DNA from: Phoronis australis
Lineage: Eukaryota > Animalia > Phoronida
Assembly (NCBI GenBank): GCA_002633005.1
Contig: NMRA01000200.1
Location: forward strand, 641,951-705,950
Length of the DNA stretch: 64,000 nt
Direction of reading: 5' to 3'
Shown here: one piece after another, positions 41,801-53,800 of the stretch
How positions within the stretch are numbered: position 1 is the first letter of the stretch
Layout of the letters: every line of letters begins with the position of its first letter
Program-made: the position numbers and the translations under genes
The notes under the pieces: model-generated
Told to the model about the DNA's origin: nothing
The model's database searches: none
What the model saw: the letters and a program-made list of their open reading frames with translations, nothing else

Positions 41801-44800
41801 GTGTATTACTGCATCTGTCGCAATCTGTTCATGCGTATTCTTTTTGGGACTGTATTTGCTCATTGTTGTTTCAATTGTAAGTGATACGTGATGTATTAAT
41901 ATTTTCTCCTGATTATGCTTTTTACACAAAAAGTTAAATGTTGGTTAAATGTATTTTTGTATCTGTGCTGATAATCATATTGCTAGTACCTATACCCTGG
42001 TTAAAAATGTCATCTAAAAACAACACCTGCTTGAATTAGGGTTGCAACTTAAATTTCAGCCAAACAAGCAAACATGTTTGTTTCTTTCGAAGTTGCGAAA
42101 CTCAAAGAAGCAGAACCGCAAAGTTGAAAAGCTTTTCACAGATTTAAAACACTTTTTTAAGAGACCATTACATTCATTTCTGATTCTTGTTTCAAAGCCT
42201 ACAGACAAAATTTAAAAAACCAGGAATATTATGAACCTTAGCATGTGCTTAATTCGAATCCTGAGTAGAATTGCTTAGTATTATGACCTATAGAATTTGT
42301 TGATTTTAGATTTATTTTTGTGCCTGTTACAGCTGAATGTAAAAACGTTGTGTGTGAGAACAATGCTGTGTGCGACAGTGGGGTCTGTGTCTGTCCCAAG
42401 ACCTGTCCTAACTACCGAGATGTGGTCTGTGCCAGTAATGGAGTAACATACGATAACAAATGTGTGATGCAACGTGCAGCCTGTGAACTGGGCATCAAGC
42501 TGACTGTGGTGGAAATGGAAGAGTGTGAGGAGGATATGTCTGGCTCAGGCTCTGGTAGGCTCACTGCATGCCTTCCCACACATCTGCATGCTACTACACT
42601 GTATACATCAACACAGTGAACAGATCATGAAATGGCCTTCATGTAGTTAGTAGTTCATGACATAGCCTACATGACCACTGTCAAATATTGAACAGTTCGT
42701 GAATTGGCCTCCACAAACACTGTTGCATAAATATAGTGAATGCTTCACTGGCTGACATGAACATTTTCTCATTGACATAGAGTAAACAGCTAACTCATGT
42801 CAACAAGAACACTGTCCTATGTCCAGAGAACAATTTACTTCCCTATATGAAACCTGTCGTATGTGATGTAAACCGTTCACTTGTCAACATGAACACGGTG
42901 GTATGTGAAGTGAGCCGTTCACTTGTGAACTTATGAGCAACTAGAGTTAACAGTTAAACGTACCATTGTAAACGAAGTCACATATTAAATAAACATTTCA
43001 CTGGCCAGCATTAATGCTCGTCTTACACCAAATGAACATGTGGTGAACGTGACCATCGTCACACAGAGATCGAGTGATGTTTTTGAATCATGTATGTTGG
43101 CATTGTGTAAGATAGCTCTGTGTATAGTGTATTTGGTTCACTCACACTGCAAAGTTGATATGATTTCACTACTCGGTAGTTGGTCGGGTAGTAGTGCAAG
43201 CGTATTTTTGACTAAATTGAGTATTTGTATCAAATTACTCATTTCAAAGTTTGAATTAAGTTTGTGAAACATTACAGCATGTTAATTCTTCACATTTAAA
43301 TTGTTTTGTTCAAGATAAGCTGTAGTTATACTTTCAGTATTTTCTTGGATATGAGTTTAAATATTCATTAGGACAGGCACAGTCAGTAGATTTTCCTGGC
43401 CTTCACTGAAAGTTCTGTGTCTGTCTATATCTGTGATCATTAGATGATAAATTTAGCAAATGGTGAGAAAGCACAAACAAGACCGGCTCCACGTAGTGGT
43501 GGTTGATCTTAACAAAAGTCAGGAGATTACCTTGAAATTCAGATTTCTGTCTCATCACAGAATCGTATCGATGTTTCCTATTGTCGTGCTTGATGTGAAG
43601 GTTTTGATTTTTACTGTCATTAGGTAAATGTTTTACTTGAGACAAACTCTTTTTGAGAACATAGCTCCAATTGGCTTTCTTATTTTGGTAGAAACCTGTA
43701 ACTGTTATTCCCTGGGGTCCTTGTCACCCTCTTGCAACTCACAGACTGGTCAGTGCGTGTGCAAGCCAGGAGTAGCAGGACGTCACTGTGACCATTGTGA
43801 ACCTGGCTATTGGGGCCTGAGGAAAATCAAGGATGGTAACACTGGATGTTTAGGTAAGTAGTCTTACTCATTTAGGGATGCATGGGTCTCAGGATGATAA
43901 TACTCGATGTTTAGGTTAGTAGTCTTAATCATACAGGGATACGTGGGCCTCAGGATGGTATCACTGGATGTTATGTCATGTTAGCTTCACTGTCTGAAGG
44001 GAACATAGGTCTCATGTTGGCAACACCGCACGTGTTTGTAAGTTTCACACACTTAATATATGTGGAACTGTCTGACCTATAACTATGCCATCCACATTGT
44101 TTATTAGCAGGCTACTCGTATTCCTGACAAAACCTGTTGTGTGTCAATTGTAACTCATGTGTAGGTACGTAGTGTTTATGTACTTAACATGTATTCTGCA
44201 GCCTGCGAGTGTAACATCTACGGTTCATTGACGGATGATTGTGAACAGGAGAGTGGCCACTGTGTGTGTCTGCCTGGTGTATTTGGTGACACATGTGACC
44301 AGTGTGATGATGGTTTTGTTGGCCCAGGTGGATGCATATCAAGTAAGTTCACTTTGCAAAGTTCACTCATACCACCCCATTCAGTAATATTTGAATTATT
44401 AATCCAGACCCTCCACTTCAAACAACAATGGACTTGTCTCTATCGTATGTTTGATGTCCGTTGCCATGATCTGCTTCTTGAGAAATATTTGCTATCAATG
44501 TATAACCTGTCTAGTGGTAACAGTTGTTTAACTCCAAGTTGAATAACAAGTCAAGACGCTGTGTTTCATAATACGACGTTTGGACATGTCAGGAGAATGC
44601 ACCCCACTTGCATGTTGTATCCTAACCCTTTCCTGTATTCTAATTGTAGTCAGTCTTGTATATCCTCTCTGATTGTTGTGCAACCAGACCTGCTTCAAGC
44701 AACTTTTTAACTTGCCTGTTGCATGTTTGATTCTCTGAATGACAAGTGTTGCACAGTCTAGGTGTGAATGCACCCCAACTCCATGTAGTAGCCTCACCCT

Positions 44801-47800
44801 TACCTGCACTCTAGTTGTAGTCAGTCTTGTGTATCCTCTTTAGGTAGCCAGTTACCTGCCAGTTGTTCTCATCAAACCTGCCTCCATGGGGCCACATGTA
44901 TGGAAGAAGGTGGACAGGCTAGGTGTATATGTAATATGAAATGTAGCGCCTCTCAGACGGCTACAGCTGTGTGCGCTTCTAATGGCAAAACCTACAAATC
45001 CAGGTGTTATATCGAGCAGTTTGCCTGTAGATTGCAGCAGGATATCCGCTTTGTGTCGGATGGTCCATGTAGAGGTATGACAATAAACTGCTTAACGGCA
45101 CATGGCCACTTCTAAACTAGGAATTGCATCTAAGTTTTTCCAGTCATTACCTTTCCGGTAAAATTTCATATGCCGAGTGAAACTTGCGTTTTCAATAATG
45201 TTTCATCTTATGAACAAATTTAGAATTCAGCCATTGGGCTGTTTATTGTCTGTCATATCACTCACTAATGGCCAATAAGCTGTTATTAGCCACATACGAG
45301 CTGACTTCCTGTTGCACACTTGCTAGTCTTGAAATGCTTTGAAGCCTGTCTCAATGTCATGCATGTTGTGCTGAAGTGCCTTGCAAGTTTGGAAGTCACC
45401 TGGCATAGTTATTCACTCTCAATAGATTCTGCTGCTTTTAGCATCATGTTTAGGCTGTTTTTTGGAAATTTGCCATTTTTAATCGTGGGCAGTATAATAC
45501 ATGGAGAAAGATTTTGTTATTGGTGATGAACTCCACTTTTTCTGTGTTAATGATTTTACTAAGTACTTGCTACTGCAGTTTAGAGATTGTCAACAAAGTT
45601 TGTAGCCACCTGTTCACCATTGTTCTTCATTAGGTGAAATATGCCTGTAAATTCTTAATTTGACAAATCATAAGATGTCGGGAAGTCAGGCTTCTTGAGT
45701 CGTACACTTCGTAGTTGTCTGTAGCATGCTTTATGTGGTTCATTGTAGTTGTCATAGGCATCAGCGACTTGCACTAAAAGTCAGATTGACAAAGCAAGTA
45801 AATTGTGGACATCTGTGACATTACCACATCTAGCTGATACCTTATGACTAGTATTTTACACACAAGCCAAAAGTATAGAAAAACTGACCTGCCATTTCAT
45901 GTCAGCTGAACGGACGCTGATTCACCATCAGAGTAGTCTCCCCTGATAACCAAGAATGAAGGGGAATTAATGGGGAAAGTTAGCTAGGTGCAGGGCTAAG
46001 TCATTCTGTAATCAGCAATTTTGGCTGTTTACAAAATTAAGTGTAATGATGGGAAAACAGTGTTTTGTCTGATTACTTTTGACTTGTACTGTTTTGGCCA
46101 ATGCCGTTTGAAGTGCAATATTGATTAATCAACATTTTTTTCTCTTTACATTGCTGTGTGACACTTGTCATTTCAAGACCAGAACACCCAGCACCGAAAA
46201 ACTTTCACCACTACAAGAGTGATATTTACAGAAAAGCCCAATCCATATCCTGGCTATTGGTTTAACTTTTGGTCCTAACTTCTGAACATTTCTGTTTGTT
46301 TTGCTCTATCATCCCAACTGACCATTTTGTCAAGTATGTGTAATGCAGTACTACTATATTTTCTCCTTAAAACTGAAGCATCTTCTATTCTTGACCCGAA
46401 ACAGACTCATTCTCTAGGAGAAGTACGCGGCACATTAGAAGTACAAAGCCCTTACCAGAGCCCCCTATGCAAAAGCCTGGGTCAATTAACATTGAAAAAG
46501 CTGTGCAGGTTTGTTTCAGTTGGAAATCAGTTATCAAGGAATATTAATCAGACAGGTGACATTTCTGAGACAGTGTTAATTTCTTCAAGAAATCTGAAAA
46601 CAACATCTTTATTGAGTTACCGTATTTGCCCTAATAAGCACCCATGGCCCTATAATCGCCCCCCACACATTTTTCGACTTCCCTAAAATAAGCGCCCAGC
46701 TCATGAACGTGTATAATGCGAAAAATGCCTTACCTACAGTTCTAAAGTTCTAAAATTCTATAGTAACGTCTTCAATTTACTAATAATATCCGACAGTCCT
46801 GAAAAAATCATTGTGCGTGTAATTTCTAGACCACGAGCCTCGCCGTTATGTCAGTATTTAGCCATGACTATACACTTCAAACTTGTGCAGTGCTTCAAAA
46901 AGAATGCAGAAGTTTTGCTGATCTTGCGAAGAACGTGTCCCGCCATGGTCAGGCCTTTCAGAACAGACGCAGCATACTTGTCAATGGAATTGTATTGTAT
47001 CTTTCCCGTAGAGATCTCCCTCAACAGGAATCCAGATTTTTTTGTGCACATGAAAACCGTGAATCAAAGACTAATAAAAAAACTTAACCAAATGTTAAAA
47101 GCACCTGGCCAGGAAGTGTGCACTGCATACATGTAGACCTGCTACTCTGGTAAATGAACTCTGATGACACGCACGCGCCTGCTTACTCAGCACACACAAA
47201 CAGACAAACTTGAAAACAAATGTCACGTGACAACAACGTGTGTTCGTCCAAATTTTTCTCGTGTTGTGGGGTGCGATCTAGTGCAGATTTGAACTTAATC
47301 TGCTGTTAATCCTGACTCCACAGGAACTTAAAAAAATCTTAGGGACACTATTTGGAAAACTTAAGGAGTATCTCAGGTAATTTGTTGAGTTGAAATTGTA
47401 TTTTTATTCAAGAATTCAAGTTGCCCTATTGATGATCATGAGGCAGCAACGCCCTGGGATTTCTGCACAATTTTCTGAAAAAGGATCGTAATTTAACAAT
47501 GAAGTTTGATAGCAACGCACCACAATTTTGTGGAAAGTTTTTCATAGGTTACAGATAAATTGCAGAGCGTAAATTTGATGAATCCTAGCTTCCGATTTCA
47601 CCCATTTTGGAGACCAGGCTTCAACCGCCTTAGGCTATAATAAGCGCCCCAACGAAATGAATTATTCTAAGTGCCCCGGGCACTTATTAGGGCAAACACA
47701 GTATTCTGTATTGTGTTATTATAACGTGTCTCAACTCCTTTCACGTCAGTTGGCAAATTCACCTTCAGAACATGGTTTACTTTCAGACAGTGGCAACCAG

Positions 47801-50800
47801 CATGCAAACAACACAGACTCCATCAACAAAAGGTTGGTGTTTGCAATTTTATGTCTTCTCACCCTACTCTGCATCTGTGACTTGTATGCTTTATTTATCC
47901 CTCTTCAATTCTATGATTTCTCCCCCACCACCGCATCCATCTGTACAACATGACTATTTTTAGAGTTATGACTCTGCTGTAGCTCACTCTACAATTTTCA
48001 TCTTTCAATTTTGTGGCTTTTCACTGTGTAGTACATCCATTAGCCGAATTTCAGTTGTGAAATACATCAGTGCCTTATGACTTAATTGTCACCTAATAGT
48101 ACTCACATTAATGGACTGCATGTCAACTCTTTGAAGTTTTATCTATTGCCACAGTGTAATGCATCCCTTTGTTGGGTGCTTTGTGACTTATCTTCAGGTA
48201 ATGCATGCATTAATTGAGTAGTTAACTTGACTCTTCAATTTTTTGCGCCTACTTGTTTATATGTGGGTGCATATTGCCGTCATCTCTGTCTGGGCGTCCG
48301 GCTTCCAGTGTCCGCAGCTGTATCTCCTAAACCCCTTGCAGGATCATTATGAGGTTTGCCACATGTGTTCCTATCTTGGTCATGGTGGATGACGATGAGT
48401 TTCCGACCGATCCGAATACCGCTGTGCCCCCTAGTGGCACTTTTATTTTTTTTGTGGTTCTGTGGCCGAATGTCCTTAACTCTTTGAAGAAGCTTTATAA
48501 AATTTGAAAGATGTATTCCTATGAAATCAACGAAAACGGTAACAAGTGTCAAACTAGTCCAAATATCACTGTGCCCTCTAGTGGTAATTTTGTTACGTGA
48601 AATTTGCCTTTGTATCTTCAGAGTTCATTGATGTATTTTCATGAATTTTGGCAAATAGGTTCCTATTAAAGAGACGACAACACTTCCCATTTTTAGACAG
48701 ATTTGATGTTTTCTGTGCCATCTGGTGGCCATTTTTGTTATTTTGCATCTACTGTCTGGCATCCACCTCCCTATCTGCCATACCGCTCAAAGGATCCTTA
48801 TGAAAATTTACAGATGTGTTCCTGATGAGAAGGTCTCGAATGACATTGACTTTCGGACGGATCCAAGTATTGTGTTGTCTCCTAGTGGCGATTTTTTTTG
48901 CATCTGCAGCTGAATTTCCTTAAACCCTTTGAAGGGACTTTGTGAGATATGAAAGATGTGTTATGGAGCTGACAACAAATGTTAACAAGTGTTGTACTGT
49001 TCCAAGTACCACTGTGCCCCCTAGTGTGCAAAAATTTTTTACGTTGCCTCTGTATCTCTGAAGTTTGTATTTTCATGAAACTCGGCAAATAGGTTTTCAT
49101 TAAGGAGACGACAATGCCTTGCCAGTTTTGGACATACTTGATGTTTTCTTGCAGTATTCCAGTGTACTCCACGACCGGTTTTAATTTGTCATAGTGTCCG
49201 GTGTGGCCACACTCCTGACATATTTAGATATCGCATGACTGGTTTAAAAAACTAGTGACCAGTTTGTAAACAAGGCATCGCCATTGTTAACAAACACCAT
49301 TTAAGCTATTGAATAAATGAATGGTCTTTGTTTTATTGACATTTATTTCCTCTTCACTGTATTATGTTATTACAGTGGTGAATACGGCACTGCACGATGC
49401 CATGGCCTGGGCGGTACTGATGTACCACCAACGCTTGTATTTAAATTTGGGCTCACACTTTTGAAATCCTGGATAAACGCCTGTCTGGAAGTGCTGTCAA
49501 ATGAACAGGCATCTCAAGTCACAGGCAATGCGTACATTTTTGAATTCTCAATTGTTTGGGTTGGCTGATATTCTTGTTGCTTGTAGAAATATAATCCTGT
49601 CCCAGAAAGAGTGCAAAAGACCTAATTTGATTTTCTTTTTCATCCAGCTAAGCAGGGTGTATCATTATATATTACTTGAACCCAATGAGCAATAGCAAAT
49701 TTCTATCTGAATAACGCGCAGTAAAGCTTCAACCAAAACATGATCAACTGACAGCTTATATGATTCTGTTTCAGATGCTGGTCTCTTGACTTTCTCATTT
49801 TCTGGGAATTCTTTCTTGCAACTGAACTTTAACCTTAATGCCAAAAAACAACTAACAATTGAGATGGAGCTGCTGAGCTTCAAACCAGATGGATTGTTAA
49901 TGTACTGTGGACTGAATAACAAGGACTTCATTTCATTGTCTCTTGTGGACTCATTTGTTGAGTTTAGGTAAGTGACTAAAGCCCATGACCTTGAGTAAAG
50001 GATGGACATTTATCCCACTAGGCCACAATGCCTCCTCGTGAATAGGTTACATATACATAGACTACGATGGGCATTATAATTCATCCAGGTGAAAACTCAG
50101 AAACTATGATTAGCATAGCGTTATTTAGAATAGCTAGTCAACAAAAGAGGGATGTGTGGAGGTAGCAGGGCTTCCTCAACTTTTCCTCATGTTATCGTCT
50201 CCTGGTCCTTTGTGTAGTGATCTTTGTGGTCATATCTTTTAAAGTGAATAATTTTTTTACAAGTGGGAGAATGAGAGGCTATCAGAGTGCCGAGGCGTTA
50301 CCTAAATCTCCTGTAATTCTGGAGACAGTCCAAATGATCTGGTAAAAAAGCCGGACAACAGCAATCAACCCTACATCTGGAGTAGAATGATTTGGGACAT
50401 ATGCGGAGAAATTTGACCAAAATGGCTTTGTCACCTGTGCTCAGGCTGCCGTGTTAGTCGATCATAGCTGTAGGTAGTGGACTCAATAAGTTAGTACTGA
50501 AAGACATCAGCTGTGTTTATGTTATATTGCTGTGCTATGACTAACAGGCTTCTGAACAGTGTCTCAATGCCATAGATGACCTCCCCTTGACTGGGACAGG
50601 CTTCTTCAGCAAATACGGCATTTTGACTTTTTCCTAATTGCTTTGTAACATTCACTGGATACCGAAACTAAAAAGCTGACTGCTCTGCTGATGCCCAATG
50701 ATTGGTTCGTTCTGAACAATCTGTAATTACTCAGCGATTGCAGATGTTATGGAGACATGACTGCTGATCAGTGAGCAGATGTCTGTGCTTCTCTATCTCC

Positions 50801-53800
50801 TCTGCAATCTTTCTCTGGTCATCCTCATCCAGATCCACTCCTTCCTTCTTGTGCTTAGTCTTTTCCTGTCACTCCACTGTGTGGCTTCTGCTCTTCACCA
50901 CCTTCATTCCACATTACATGTTCTCCATGGCAGTATCAAGGTGGACACACCCACACAGCCACTTGCTCTGCTCTCATTAAAATGCCCTTTATAATCTCTG
51001 AACCTTTTTTACTTGTTTGATATACCGCATACCTGTTCTTCGAATTGGTGAGCTGATACTGCAGTCTTGTCATCCAAGTGTTGCCAGCTGTGTGCAACTT
51101 TGAGTAGAACTTTCTTGACATTATTAGCTTAAAGTGCTCCACACACAGTAAACTTCAAAAGAAACTTCGAAAGAACTCCACTAGGCTGCTAAATTTGGGA
51201 TAAACTGCTTGCCAGTAATGTTTGGCATCTTAGTCAAACACTTATCACATTAAGGTAGTGTTTTGTCAAACTTTTATGTCGTAGTTTAAGTTGACGTTAT
51301 TGTCCTAGCCGTTTATTGTTTATTTCTGAATGGATTTACATGCAAATTGTGGAAATTACGAAAACGTACGTGGAGACACTGTCGTATTCTAGTCGGAAAG
51401 AGTTTCCATGTCGTTCGGTTTATTTTGAAAATTGTTAAACCAGTGCTGGTACGGTACACAATTATGGTGACATGCTATGAACAAACTGAGTAGCAACATG
51501 GCTGCGATGAGATTGTATACCTACTGAGCATCAGTCCTAACTTTTCCGTCCTCGAATTGCAAAAATCCTCAAAGTTGCACAAAGTGCAACCAAGCTAACT
51601 TTGTTCGCCTGATCATATTTAACATATTTCAAAAAACACTTTACAGAAATGAACATTGCAGGGTTCACCACGAGTGATATTAGACCGGCAACTAGACTAT
51701 AATGGTTTTACTTATTTTTGTCTTTGAACAGTGACTCAAAGCTACTGTTTTTTTGGTTCAGTTGTTTGTCGCTGATTTCTTTTATCAAGCTTCAGCTCAC
51801 TGACACTGAGACTGGTTTGTGCTATACATTTATTCAGGTATCACCTTGGCAGTGGGGTGAACATCATTCGAAGCTGGTCTCGCATTATACTTGGAGTGTT
51901 TACACATGTAGTTGCTAAGCAAAAAGAACGGGATGGAGTGTTGATGGTAGGTGGTCAACGAGTGACCAGTGGTTCAAGTAAACCAGGTGCTAGAGAACTC
52001 AACCTTCATGGAGCAAATATCTTTCTTGGAAATGTGGACGCTCTATCCAAGTTGTAAGTTTTGACAGCTGGAAGTAATGATTGACAGCTAGAAGTAATGA
52101 TTGACAGCTAGAAGTAATGATTGATTGGCATTGATGGAGCATTTTTGTTGAAGAATGCTGGTTGCTGACACATCCTTGAATTAAAAGTTACCATTGTAAT
52201 TCACAAACAGTCTATTATCGATATCCAACATTTTGAAAATTGTATTTTATTTTATTTGAAGTAATTTTGTTGAATGTAATTTGCTTTTCTGTTAAGCGAT
52301 TTTAAATTCCCTCATTACAGGCTCATACTTAAAATATTAAATTGCTCATTAGAGGACCATAGTGTAAAAGAAAGTTCCAATGCTTATCAGTTTCAAATTA
52401 TTGTACTCTCAAATGCATTGATGTTGTTCTAGTGCATATAAACAGACTGGCACCAGTCAGGGCTTCGAAGGCTGTATCAAAGCTTTCAAAGTGGAAGGTA
52501 GCTCTTGGACCAAAATATACAGTCTGCAACTCAGTTCAGAAGATATTGTTACCAGTTTTAATGTCGGTAAGATTGCTACTTCTGAGGCGTGATCGAAAGA
52601 TCTATGTAAATTTGCATATAAGGTGCCTATTCTACCTTAGTTGTTGTGGTAATGGTGGGACCTCCCAAATGTTCTTTATACCATTCGTAACTGGAGAACT
52701 CGCACTTATGGGTTAAGTCATCATGCTGTTATCAAGGTGGGGACTGCTGACAGATCAGCCTACTGGTGTGTCAGCTGTTGATGTTATTTTGGTCTTACCG
52801 GTGTACACCACTTTTTATCACACGGTTTGGACTGATTGTGAAGTTTTTAAAAACTGATCAGTGGTCAATATTTCTGAGTCGAAAAGTGTTTATACTGACC
52901 ACTGTAGTGTAATGGATTATGTATATTGACTGCTGTTGTGGTGACGTCATTTTGATCAATTTTTAAACTTTTTGCCAAGTACAGAGAGATCTCACTGTGA
53001 TTTTGTGCCTGGATCATTCTACTTGCAATTATAGCCTCACCTATTATCACTGCACAATGAACACGTGACCACACTTGAAAGACACCCTTTTTATGTCATT
53101 CAGTTTCTGACGTCCAGTTTGTTTTTTAATTAATTTTGCTATATAAAACTCTCAGTGAGTGAAAACCACCATGATTTAAACATTGCAGATCCCTTCATCA
53201 TGCGAATAGACAAACTATTTAAAGGCTAAAATAAATAACTTTGTTCACTCACTTTCAATGAACGTCATTTGCATGGACTTAAGTGCACGTAGCTCGCAAT
53301 TGATATATTAACCAAATGACAGTTGTTGATTTTAATGACCTTGGTGTGGCTGAAAATGATTTTTCCAAAATATGATTGGTTGTTCCTTTGTCCATTCTGA
53401 ACTTCTCTGGGAAGTTTTATTAAAATCTCTTTAAGCTTCTGAAAACTTTGAAAATTGATAGCTGATTGACCAGCTTGTCTATGTACTACTTCATGTACAA
53501 ATCTATTGTGTCTTGTCATAAAGCCATCTAGTTCTCAATGAATTTGGTTTATCAATGGGCCTAGTAATGAATGATGATGACAATGATCTCATCTAGTACC
53601 ATGGATTTGTGCCAAACCTGCTACAGAAATTCCAGTGATTAGAACTGTTACCTGTAATTTGGCTTTTTAACTGAACGTCTTGATGAGCATCTTGTTACAC
53701 TTTTAGTTTCTGAGGGCGTTGATTGCAACAGTCCTGTCAAGTTCGATGGTTCTACATGGTTGGAATACAGTAACCTAGGCATACAGAGGTGAGCTCGTGT

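Noticed and set aside
49376-49524. EGF1 exon before LG1
   Set aside because: The acceptor is plausible, but no frame gives the six-cysteine EGF pattern.
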